This document shows, piece by piece, positions 1-10,574 of a stretch of DNA of 64,000 bases. The position numbers and the translations under genes are program-made. This stretch comes from Ostrea edulis. Its lineage: Eukaryota. The notes beneath the pieces are model-generated. The model worked only from the letters and a program-made list of their open reading frames with translations, made no database searches and was not told the origin of the DNA. Each line of letters begins with the position of its first letter. Position 1 is the first letter of the stretch. The stretch is from contig NC_079166.1 of assembly GCF_947568905.1 (NCBI RefSeq), forward strand, positions 91,202,001 to 91,266,000. The letters run 5' to 3'.

Positions 1-269
1 TACAGACGTTTGTGACCTTTTGACCCCCTTATGTCATTAGTTAACATTAGTCATTGATACACAGATCCTCTACATCCGAGTCGCACTTTTTTTTTTTACA
101 GGATTCATACAGTGTACATTTATTTAAACAGATATTTGTTAAGGATCCATATAATATACAATAGTAAAAACATATTTGTTATATACAATAGTAAAAGCAC
201 ATATTTGTTAATGGAAGGTTTATTTCGAAAGCAAACGGTGTTGCAAAAATGAACGGTATTTATTTGTGT

Positions 270-390
270 AACAGGAACGGAAAAATGCAACGGACTAGAC
301 CGGAATCTGGGCCCCCTAAATGTCCCGTCAGGTGCTTTATTAAATGAGCTATTTTGTCACCGGTGATCTAACCCGCCTGAGCGCTACATT
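270..390 (-). mobile_element. Degenerate tRNA-derived SINE head
   Basis: Reverse complement of 291-353 reads TAGCTCATTTAATAAAGCACCTGAC...CAGATTCCGGTCTAGTCCG, a decayed A-box/B-box tRNA-like head; no intact cloverleaf or CCA. Confidence 0.4.
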
Positions 391-414
391 TTTCCTTCCT
401 TAAATATCTTCACG

Positions 415-1476
415 TCTATCAGTTTTTCTGTAAACCTATCAGTGACAGCTCTCCTGTATACTTATCAGTGACAGTTCCGTAGTTCTCTTGTATACCTATC
501 AGTGGCAGTCCCGTACCTCTATGGTGTCCGGATAGGGCCATTTGCAAAAGCGTGACTGCGCTTTAGTCACAACACGCCGTCACGCCAACAAGCAACGCGC
601 CTTCGCGCTCTCACGCCAACAAGCAACGCGCCTTCGCGCAGACAAGTAACACGCCTTCGCGCTCTCACGACAACAAGCAACGCGCCTTCGCGCTCTCACG
701 CCAACAAGCATTACGCCTTCGCGCAACGTTGCTTGTCTGCGCGAAGGCGCGTTGCTTGTTGTCGTGAGAGTGCGAAGGCGCGTTGCTTGTCTGCGCGAAG
801 GCGCGTTGCTTGTTGGCGTGAGAGCGCGAAGGCGCGTTGCTTGTTGTCGTGAGAGTGCGAAGGCGCGTTGCTTGTTGGCGTGACAGCGTGTTGTGACTAA
901 CGCGCAGTCACGCTTTTGCAAATGGCCCTATTTAGACACCATATACCTCTCTTGTTCAGATATCAGTGATAGTTCCGTAGCTCTCCTGTATACCCATCAG
1001 TGACAGTCCCGTAGCTCTTCTGTATACCTATCAGTGACAGTCCCGTAGCTCTTCTGTATACCTATCAGTGACAGTCCCGTAGCTCTCCTGTAAACCTGTT
1101 AGTGGCAGTCCCGTAGCTCTCCTGTAAACCTGTCAGGGACAGTCCCGTAGCTCTACTGTATACCTATCAGTGACTGTGCTGTAGCTCTTCTGTATACCTA
1201 TCGGTGACAGTCCCGTAGCTCTCCTGTATACCTCTCAGTGACAGTCCCGTAGCTCCTCTGTATACCTATCAGGGACAGTCCCGTAGCTCTCTTGTATACC
1301 TATCAGTGACAGTTCCGTAGCTCTCCTGTATACCTATCAGTGACAGTCCCGTAGCTCTCCTGTATACCTTTTAGTGACAGTTCCGCAGCTCCTCTGTGTA
1401 CCTCTCAGTGACAGTCCCGTAGCTCTCATGTATCCCTATCAGTGACAGTCCCGTAGCTCTCTTGTATACCTATCAG
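415..1476. repeat. 34-35 bp minisatellite, interrupted by a palindromic element
   Basis: Unit TACCTATCAGTGACAGTCCCGTAGCTCTCCTGTA (period 34 at 1263/1297); about 3 units before 520 and about 15 after 944. Confidence 0.95.
520..943. mobile_element. Foldback-type non-autonomous DNA element (424-bp near-perfect palindrome)
   Basis: Ends TATGGTGTC...GACACCATA; arms mirror each other around GCAACGTTGC (723-732); internal 31-bp repeats invert between arms; candidate 6-bp TSD TACCTC at 514-519 and 944-949. Confidence 0.85.
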
Positions 1477-3743
1477 TTGAAACATAACATGCGCACTTTT
1501 AATGTGTGTAAGCCATGCTATTTGGGAAATGCTCAATCGTTGTATGCATCTTTCATCTCGAATGGCTTATACATGTGCATGCATTGCGAATATCAACCAT
1601 GGTTAGACATTGATATGGTACTTAAATCATTGAATAACTTTTGAAGTGATGACTGAGCAACGATGCTGTGGCCTAGAATGTTTTAGAGAATTGATGTTTA
1701 TGCTTGTTAAAGTTATGATGAAGACCTATTGTTATAAGTATGATAAAGACTGGGAGGAAGGGGTTCACCTTGTTTTTATTGCTGCAAGAAAAGCAATTCA
1801 AGAGTCTCTAAGATTCAGTTCCTTTGACTTAGTGTTTGGCCATACAGCTAGAGGTCCTTTGAAATTGTTGGAAAAAATTGCTAACGGAACCTAGTGTTCT
1901 TAACCTTTTAGAATGTGTATCTAATTTCAAAGAGAAACTTCGTAATGCTTGTGACTTAGCGAAATATAATCTCAAGAGTTCTCAAGCTGAAATGAAAGGT
2001 TGGTATGACAAAGATGCTAGGGACAGAGGTTTTAAACCAGGAGATAAGGTTCTTGTGTTTTTAACTGTTTCTGGCCATCCTTTGCAGGCCAGGTATTATG
2101 GTCCTTATGAAATTGAAAGCAATCTTAGTGATGTGAACTATGTTGTTAAGACACCTGAAAAATGAGTTTGTCAAATTAAGATTGATCACTGTTCGTTATC
2201 TCCACAATTCATTAACATTTGAAAGAATATTTTGGTAGATGTGACCGAAATTCTGTAAAATCAATTCCACTTGAACCAATGTTCAAACATTACAAAATTG
2301 TACTGTGAATGAACTGAGTGTAGAAACTTGTCAAACAAAACTTCAACTAGAATGTCCGCTAGAAGAACTCAAATTCTTGGCAATCTGGATATCAAACTTG
2401 GACATTCGAATATTCACCAAGAGAACAAGTTCAACGTCTCATGGCTAATTATCCTTCAATCTTCTCAGATGTTCTATAAAAGATCATTTCCGCTTGTCAT
2501 GATGTTATAGTTGGTGACGCTTTACCCATCAAGCAGCGTCCCTATCGTTTACACCCATTAAAATTGCAATACTTAAGAACAGAAGTGTAATACATGATGG
2601 ACAATGACATCGAATCAAGTAAAAGTGACCGGAGCTCACCTTGCACTCTAGTACTGAAAGCTGATGATACCTACAGATTATATACTGACTTTAGAAAAGA
2701 GAATTCTGTCACGAAAACATACTCTTATCCGATTCTTAGAATTGATGAATGTATTGACAAAATCGGAAATACCAAATTCATCAGTAAATTCGACATGTTG
2801 AAGGGTAACAGGCAAGTACCATTGACTGAAAGAGCCAAAGAAATCTCTGCATGTTTGACTCCCGATGGCTTCTTTCAATACAAGGTGATGCCGTTTCGTA
2901 TGAAAAATGCTCCAGCGACCTTTCAGCGTGTGATTCATTCCCTTCTTCATGACCTTCAAGGATGTGAAGCCTAATTGATGATGTAATCATCTACAGCGGC
3001 ACTCGGCAGGAACACTCGACATTATTGCAGGAGCAAATTTAACAGTGAACCTTGCAAAAAGTGACTTTTGTCATGCTACTGAAGAATATTTAGGTCATAA
3101 ATTAGGTCAGGGTTATGTTATTCCTATTCTGGTTAAAGTGAAGGATTTTGCAAAGTTACCGATTCCCACAAACACGAAAGAGATTTTTGGGCATGACAGG
3201 TTTTTATAGAACATTTTGTCCAAATTTGTCTTTACATGTAACAGTTGGTCCACTTACCAACTTATTGCAAAAGAGGGCTAATTTTGTATGGACAAAGGAC
3301 TGCGATGAATCATTTTGTAAAATGAAGTCTGTTCTCATAAGTAGTCCAGTCCTTTCAGCTCCTAATTTTTCTAAGCAATTTAAGCTTACTGTAGATGCTA
3401 ATGATGTAGGAATCGGTGATGTTTTGTTTCAAGAACACAATGACAATGTAGATAGAGTTGTTTCTTATTTTTTAAAGAAACTAAAATGTCAACAGAATCA
3501 TTTAACCATTGAAAAAGAGTATGTTACTTTAATGTTAGCTTTGCAACATTTTGATGTTTATTTGAAAGTTACTGCGCATCCAATTTTTGTTTTTACGGAT
3601 CACAACCCTCTCACCTTTTTGCATGAAATGTCAAACAAAAATCAAAGACCTGCATGAGGGAATTTATTAGCTCCACTTTTTTGGCACGCTGTTTTTGGCT
3701 ATATTTAGCTCTAAAACTTCATAGTTATTTCGGATTTCGTTGA

Positions 3744-3787
3744 GCATCACTGAAGAGACATTATTTGTCGAAATGCGCATCTGGTGC
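3744..3787 (+). ncRNA. Minimal type I hammerhead ribozyme, copy 1
   Basis: GCAUCA-CUGAAGA-GACA uuauu UGUC-GAAA-U gcgc A-U-C / UGGUGC: full core, 6-bp stem I, 4-bp stem II, palindromic AUGCGCAU stem III; predicted cleavage after 3781. Confidence 0.88.
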
Positions 3788-4093
3788 ATCAAAATTGGTA
3801 CCGTATAAGTTTTACATTATGACCCCTGGGTCGAGGCCTCTGCTGGTGGACTGTTAGTCACCGAGGGTCTCTACAGCCCAGTAGCTAAGTACTTCGTTAC
3901 TAGCTTGAAAATACGGATGTATATTTAATTGCTGTTACAAAATTTAGAAATTCATTTCAAAATTAAGGATTATCTCCCTCATGCATAGCTCTTATCCTTG
4001 GACGAATTTGGCTCCACTTTTTGGCACGCTGTTTTTGGCTATATTTAGCTCTAAAATTTCATAGTTATTTCGGATTTCAAACATTTCGGTTGA

Positions 4094-4137
4094 GCATCAC
4101 TGAAGAGACATTATTTGTCGAAATGCGCATCTGGTGC
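4094..4137 (+). ncRNA. Minimal type I hammerhead ribozyme, copy 2
   Basis: Identical to copy 1; predicted cleavage after 4131, 350 nt from copy 1. Confidence 0.88.
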
Positions 4138-4339
4138 ATCAAAATTGGTACCGTATAAGTTTTACATTAGTACAAAAGTATGATGTTGATATCAAACATA
4201 TCAAAGGCAGAGACAATGTTACAGCAGATGCTTTATCAAGAGTAGTGTGAGTATGTTTTGTTATTTTGTTGTTTCTTTGATTGATGTACATTGTATATTT
4301 GAGTTTATCATTGTCATTCAAACTTGTTTAAGGGGGAGG

Positions 4340-4775
4340 TGTTGTGAATAATGCAATCTGCACTAAATTGAGACCTGTGAGCTAGAGTGTTCTAGAGAAT
4401 CAATTTTTATACTTCTTGTAACACTTGTGGCCTAAATTGTTCTCGATCCCATGCTATTTTTAGCAGAAAGATGACGTAATGGTTGCATCATTTTCTTTCA
4501 GGATTGTACTAGAAAATTCCTTCCTGTTATAAATACACTGAAATTCTTATGATAAAAAAGCTCTTGTTAGACACTTTTTACATATTTGGGATTTAATTAT
4601 ACTGGGAGCTAGGATTTTGGAATTACTAATTTTGTGTGTGTAGATTGTGTTTGGATTTATTGTTCAACTACCGTAAGTTAATATTTTGCTATTGTTACAA
4701 ATTTCTTTCAATTATTAATTATAGATCTTGTCAATTGTTTGATTGTCTTTTGTTAGTAAATCTTGCTGCGCTACA
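4340..4775 (+). repeat. Probable 3' LTR with upstream polypurine tract
   Basis: PPT AAGGGGGAGG (4330-4339) directly followed by TGT; candidate ACA end at 4773-4775. No second LTR in the window, so the right boundary is inferred. Confidence 0.6.
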
Positions 4776-5559
4776 TTAGGGGTTTCTTCTGTTCCACAGC
4801 AATGCTGATTGGAGGAAAAATTCGTTTGATTTCTTAGTAAAAAAAAAAAAATCGTCCGGAGTTCATCTAAGCAAGCTACTTTTCTATTGAATGCTTCTTC
4901 CCCGTTCTAATTTTAGCGCTATTTATAGAACGGAAATATCCATATAAGCATTGTAAACGAAATGTCTTTGTTTGATTTTTTTCCATTGCTACCTAAATTA
5001 ATCACAACCAAGGATATGAATGAAATACAAAATTAATTCAAAGAAAGAACACACATAGTGATGACGTGGAAGAAAAGTCAACTTCATAACATAGGACACT
5101 GATTGGTAAACGTAGACATATTACACAAATGCCCGGTATAATATCGTCTGCATTACGAGTTCGATAACATGACAGAGCAAGCGGTGACTTTTGATCTTGG
5201 AGATATTATTGAAATTTTATAGTGTGACGTGGGGCTGCAACGAGAGCGATTTCGTTGTATCAAAATTTGATGTACTTTAGCATTGTATTTAGTTTTGCCT
5301 TTCTGGGAGTGGCTGCCAACCTGTTTCTAAATATAGTGAATCACGTGGTGATATTATAGGTAATCCCGTACTCATTCTCGCTGCGTATAGTTGAACTAAT
5401 TTAAAAAAAAGTTTTTCCACATATTGTAATGGACACCCATCCTACACAATAGAACAGTATTCAAGTAGTGGTCTGATAAAGGTATAGTACACATGTACCT
5501 GGTCGATAGTGAATTTCTACAAATGGTGAATTTTGACTTGTTTTAGAAGACCCAAACTT

Positions 5560-6450
5560 TGATAGGCCTTTTTTTTTTTGCTATGCTATATGTATTCTGA
5601 CCAGCTAAGATCAGGACTAAAACGAATACTACTTGTTTGTGAGACGTCAGGAATTCTGATGGACAACGTTGAATTTGAAATTGACTTTGGTCTTAGTGTG
5701 AAAAAGAAGGCTTTAGTTTTTGAAGGGCTGAATTTAAGCAGCCATTTAGATGATCATCTATCTGATATACTTAAAAATATGATTCAATATATGATATTCA
5801 ACATCTGCTGCATGTACATTTATATTGTATGATGTATATTGTGATGGGTTGTCATCTGCAAATAGTCTATATAATGAGATAATATTTTCTGCTACGTCAT
5901 TTACATAGATTAAACATAGCAAAGGACCATGGACTGACCCCTGTGGTACACCAGTGTTTATGATTTTACAAGATGATAGCATATCTTTATACATAACTCG
6001 TTCGATTCCAAAAGTAACTTCCAAACCTACTAAGTAAATTGCCATAGATACCATACATTTTTAATTTAGATCAGGCCTTCATGCCAGATTCTATCGAACG
6101 CCTTAGACAGATCTCAAAAACCATGCAACAATTCTTTTGGAAATTACTTTGACAGTGCTGTGATAAATTTCAAGTAACTGTTAAAACACTAGAATGACCT
6201 GGCAGAAACCCCAATTGAAACTGTTAGATGAAAGGTGAGGATAACTTGTGATTGTACAAGTGTTTTGAATATAATTATTTCCATAATTTTGCTAACACAG
6301 CTGAAAAGTGACACTGGTGTGTAATTGATTGCTACAGATAGGTCATCTTTAATAAAACAGTGACAATACATAAACACTTTTCCATCATTATATAATTTTT
6401 CTTTGAATTACTATTAAGAGACCTAGTTCTTTTCATATAAAACTGACCAA
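5560..6450 (-). mobile_element. Non-LTR retrotransposon RT fragment (CR1/Jockey-like), decayed
   Basis: NYTPVSLFSCVSKIME, GVPQGSVHGPLL, RLFADD and FSPSKTKA motifs spread over frameshifted frames. Confidence 0.85.
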
Positions 6451-7252
6451 TGACTGCATTCACTGTCATAAATACAATTATACTGTCTTGTTTCACGTGG
6501 ATGCGCATTTTTAAATAAGATTTAATGCGAAGTAAGATAAAGCCCGTTAAATTAATTCAAATTAAATAGCGTTCACACGATGGTAATGCAAAGTAAAATA
6601 ATGCGCATACAATTCTGCGGTTGAACTACTTATGCAATTCATAATCGCATAGGGGAGGTGTCTGTACGCCCAAAACGCCCGTTTGGACAGCTTAAGCTTA
6701 TATCTTGTGAAATTCAGAAGGCATTATTTTCACTGCACACCAAGTCTAAGTTTTTGATCTGAACGCGACCAAATCTACACGATTCATTATACCATGTAGC
6801 TGCAGAACTGTAGCTCTCTGAAAAATACTGGGGCATATCTGATCTGATCTGTGCCAATATTTTTTTTTCTTCCACAGAGCTACAGTTCTATAGCTTCATG
6901 GAATGAGGGTCTTAATGTTTTTGGGAAGAAAATTATTTAAGTTTCCAAAATGTCTCAAATATCCCCCTTTAGAAAGAATCTAAGCCCTTCGGTTCCGTTC
7001 CAGTGTGTTCTAACCGATTTGTTGAAATTGACATTGAATTTTGAACATTTGAAGAAGAAAAAAAACCCCACGATAAACAGAAGACCTTCGATAAGTATTG
7101 CTTATTTGTGCCGTTAGTCGAGATAAGCCAAATTTGGAAAATTGGGATCTCTGATTTTGAGTCTTCGATAAATCAGATAACACCAATGCCTATGCTACAT
7201 GGATTTTATTAGTATAATTAGAAACGTGTTTTAATTATAAGTCTTCTGATCG

Positions 7253-8362
7253 TCATTCTCCGGTTTTCATGAAATCGGATTGTTTCGGAGTCCACTCCAC
7301 CGTAATGGATTCCAGCTTTGTTCCGCAGCATTCCCTGCACTGCGTCACGGATGCACGCGCCTTCTCCGTCACCTTATCCATAACTTCTCTGAATACGTGC
7401 TTGATATCACAGAAGGTAAACCATGGGACAGGCGTGGCAGCGTAGGCGATGCAGCTCAGGACGTACACAGCATCGAAAGTTTGGATGCTCGGAAGACACC
7501 AGGAACTTTTACAGACAACTAAATTCAGCGTCATTATCATTAACGGTGCGTGCATCAGGCAGAATACCGCTGAAGAAACAGTTGACGCTATCAACATGGA
7601 ACGCAGCGTCTCGTCCTCACGCAATGCGTCATCACCCAGTAAATGATCATAAGACGCTTTTTTGAACCGATAGTAAAGAAAAACGGCTACGCTGAGGATT
7701 AGAAGAATGAAATAGAGAACATTGAAGAGAATCACTCCGGCGTGTCTGTAGCTTCTCTCCAGGAAATGTAGGCACATTAGAGAACCGAATTTCTTCGCGA
7801 ATTCAGGCAGATCGGCCACCTCTCCCATTATGATCATGGGGGACAAAACGACTTCCAGCAGCCACGGCAGGGCGAACAGTGCGTACGGGAAAATGGACCA
7901 GCCACGAGAGGTGATGTTGGACGGAGCTGAGAGAGACTGGCGTACTTTCAGAAAGAGGCTGGTTATTATGGCAATCTGGATCATGCTCATTATGTGTGAA
8001 GAGGTGAATTTGAAAACGGAGAAAACCTTGCAGAGAACCATGCCGTGTATCCACTCTCTGTAAATATGGCGGCTATCGCCGAGGGCGTTAGTGATAGTAC
8101 CGAAAATGAGATTGCATACACACATACCCGCAACGTTCCATAGGAAAACAGAAGATCGCAGCTCCTTACGCGAGAGAATGATCAGAAGCAAGGTCAGATT
8201 GGAGAAGACCGCTATCACACTGATAGCGGATACGGAAATGATGACGGGCCCCCTGTTCATTGACTGGTATATCCATTTCGTGGTATTCTGGATTGTGAGG
8301 TTTCCGGTCACATTGGAGAGTGGCGTGACTGTTGTGAAATTTACAAGTGGTGTGATGCTTAC
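7253..8362 (-). CDS. 7TM class-A-like GPCR, main coding exon (about 370 aa with the upstream ATG)
   Basis: Seven hydrophobic segments; N-terminal sequons NFT/NVT/NLT/NTT; ECL1 W..G..LC; ECL2 Cys; TM6 FCLMHAP. The ORF track start is a GTG; the frame extends to a pyrimidine-rich CAG acceptor at 8363-8365 and is closed upstream without an ATG. Confidence 0.85.
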   Translation of the reverse strand, partial: VSITPLVNFTTVTPLSNVTGNLTIQNTTKWIYQSMNRGPVIISVSAISVIAVFSNLTLLLIILSRKELRSSVFLWNVAGMCVCNLIFGTITNALGDSRHIYREWIHGMVLCKVFSVFKFTSSHIMSMIQIAIITSLFLKVRQSLSAPSNITSRGWSIFPYALFALPWLLEVVLSPMIIMGEVADLPEFAKKFGSLMCLHFLERSYRHAGVILFNVLYFILLILSVAVFLYYRFKKASYDHLLGDDALREDETLRSMLIASTVSSAVFCLMHAPLMIMTLNLVVCKSSWCLPSIQTFDAVYVLSCIAYAATPVPWFTFCDIKHVFREVMDKVTEKARASVTQCRECCGTKLESITVEWTPKQSDFMKTGE

Positions 8363-8889
8363 CTGTAGCGAGAAAAAAGTAAATGATGCGATACTTACTT
8401 GTAGCGAGAAAAAAAGTACATGATATAATTATATCTGATTTGCTTCTTATCGCGGTAAACAGTTATGATACTCTGACCCCGATAATTTGTGATGAACTAC
8501 AATAAAGCATTCGTTTTGTATCACCCTGAAAACACAGCGATAAAATATAAACTTCTTTTTGATTAGGAATTTCATGGATTTAGCATTATCACTTTTGAAA
8601 ATTATCTCGCACTTGCAGATTTTTAATCTTGGCAATTTCAACATAGACACCCATAATTTTTATTTGAATTTAAAATTCTTAGGATAGGACGATTTTATAA
8701 ACTTTAGGTATGTAACGTTGGAAACCTTTATAGTAAGACAAAAATGTTAAAAGATTTATCATAAATTTATTGTAATTGAGGAAAGACCATACCTGTAACT
8801 GATGTAAAGGAGACTGTATGATTGTTTTTCCATTAGGATTGTTGAATTAGATATTTATTATGGAAATCCAACCCTGATGATTATAATTC

Positions 8890-9060
8890 AGTGGAAAGTT
8901 TGAGTCTTGATCTATGTTTACCCCGACTCATCTCACAGCTGCGGCCGTAAGCGCTAAACATGGGTATAAATTTGTGGTACTTCACCTACAGCTGGTAGCG
9001 TCTCAATTCGAGTGAAAAATTCTCGACTGGACGTAAAACCAACAATCAACCAACCAACCT
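8890..9060 (+). mobile_element. SINE 3' tail
   Basis: Similar to the SINE tail at 24560-24680; ends in CAAC-type simple repeat. Confidence 0.65.
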
Positions 9061-9574
9061 AGATGGTTCCTTTGAATATCCTTAAATTCGAAATGACCAC
9101 AATATTGAAAGATAGAGGCGCCATTACCAAACTAAAGAAAACTGTAAACACTTTATTGGGAATTAAGAATTAGATTGAATGGGGACATATCATAATGATT
9201 AATAAGGACATTAAGAAATGGATAGTTACTCTGAATTATGTGTAATGCCGCATTGGAAGTTCTGTCTGTTATTATCTAGGTCACACGTGTAATTTCATCA
9301 CATCTTCAAATGCTGAGATTCCTTCAAAATTCGTCTTTATATTCTTTTTTTAAAATCATCGTTCAAATATGATCGTCATGAAAAAAATATAAATAGGCAT
9401 AATGATGGGCATACCATTTCTGTCATTAACATACGCAATTACGTATTCTGATGAAACACAAAACTGGGATGTGTGAGCTTTTTGAGGTGACAGATGCTCT
9501 TAAAATCATCACAATCCAGTTGTTTCAAATAGAGTTTCAGTCTATGTTTCCTATTCATTGGCGGGGAAGAGTTT

Positions 9575-9990
9575 GTTAACGTGTCAACGCCTGACGCGAC
9601 ATGAAACCTCCGTTTTTAAGGTCATACTGTAGAATCATTTAAATTCGTGAGGGCCAATTATTGTGGATTGCTGAATTTTTACGGGTTCGTGGGGGACGTA
9701 ATTTCATGGATTTATATATTTGTAAGAAAGATTACTCTGGAATGTCTTTATTCGTTGAGGATGTAAATTCGTGGGTGAGAGGTACATGTACCCACGAATT
9801 CCAAGAAGATTGAGCCACCACGAATTCTAATGATTCCACAGTATTCAAAATACCCGTGATTTTTACCTCTACATGCCAAGCGTTTGGCGAAGGAGCGATC
9901 ACTACAATATGTACCTATGTTTACGTCTTAGGTTTGACGCGGCCACGACACGAGCGGCATTCGAACGGTTACGAAGCGAACGCTCTGGCA
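9575..9990 (-). mobile_element. tRNA-derived SINE interrupted by a MITE
   Basis: Shares GTCAAACCTAAGACGTAAA..GCTCCTTCGCCAAAC-like body with the SINE at 22760-24680. Confidence 0.7.
9627..9841. mobile_element. Tc1/mariner-type MITE (215 bp)
   Basis: TA|CTGTAGAATCATT ... AATGATTCCACAG|TA; 12/13 TIR match and TA TSD. Confidence 0.8.
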
Positions 9991-10571
9991 CGGTGCTGCC
10001 GCGAACACTTGTTATCATAGATGACTTTCACTTGATGCGGGGGGTATATACCTCAGACAAACTTCCTAATAGGAAACAAAAATGTCAAAATATTTAGCAA
10101 AATCTGCGGGAATGTTTGCCTTCTTGCATGGATTTTTCAAATTCAAAAAGGAAAATACATTTTGTAAGGGAAAATAGATTTCCTATACGAAAAAAAAATT
10201 TCATAGATTTTATCAAGGTATTCCATAATCCTTTTATTATTTCCTACATGTTTTTCCCAATTTTCGAGAGGAGACTTAAAATCTCTATAGGGTTTTAAGA
10301 TTTTCCTAAGTATATTGGTAAATCCAGGAAGAATGTATTTCCCTCTATAGGAAAATTTAGAACTATAAAAAGTTAATCATCATTTCTGTGAAAATATGTC
10401 CTAAAGTCTGCACGAAAAATAAATTTGCCAAGATTGCGATACTATGTATATATCTTTCCGGTTTTGAGAATTTCCAAAAATAGCTTTTACTATAATTTGT
10501 TTCCCAAACGCTGGGTAGTTTTGACAGAAAAGTAAAAAAAAAAAAAAATAAATTAAAAAAATGAAACTTAC

Positions 10572-10574
10572 CAT
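10572..10574 (-). CDS. GPCR first coding exon (initiator ATG only)
   Basis: GGCATG|GTAAGT: consensus phase-0 donor straight after an ATG, matching the phase-0 acceptor at 8362; gives MVSITPLVNFTT... Confidence 0.6.

Larger units (their letters stand above)
3671..4168 (+). mobile_element. Hammerhead-bearing ~350-nt retrozyme-like or pLTR-like element, 1.4 units in tandem, inserted in RNase H
   Basis: 3671-3818 is repeated at about 4012-4168; flanked by ATTAG at 3666-3670 and 4166-4170; removing it restores the RNase H frame (NLL-VQKY). Confidence 0.85.
1700..4775 (+). mobile_element. Decayed Ty3/gypsy LTR retrotransposon of Gmr1 type (integrase-RT-RNase H order), 5' truncated
   Basis: Integrase C-terminal part with GPY motif (DWEEGV..LVFGH..RGPL; ARYYGPYEI) at 1700-2165; RT (YPILRIDECID, VMPFRMKNAPATFQR, frameshifted YIDD at about 2970); RNase H (TVDANDVGIG, IEKE, TDHNPL) at 3148-3660, resuming at 4171 (QKYDVDIKHIKGRDNVTADALSR*). 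Several stops and frameshifts. Confidence 0.9.

Noticed and set aside
580-921. 113-aa Arg/Ala-rich ORF
   Set aside because: By-product of the palindromic element's 31-bp repeats.
7280-8423. Short ORFs overlapping the GPCR on the other strand or frame
   Set aside because: Shadow frames of a GC-richer coding exon; no motifs.
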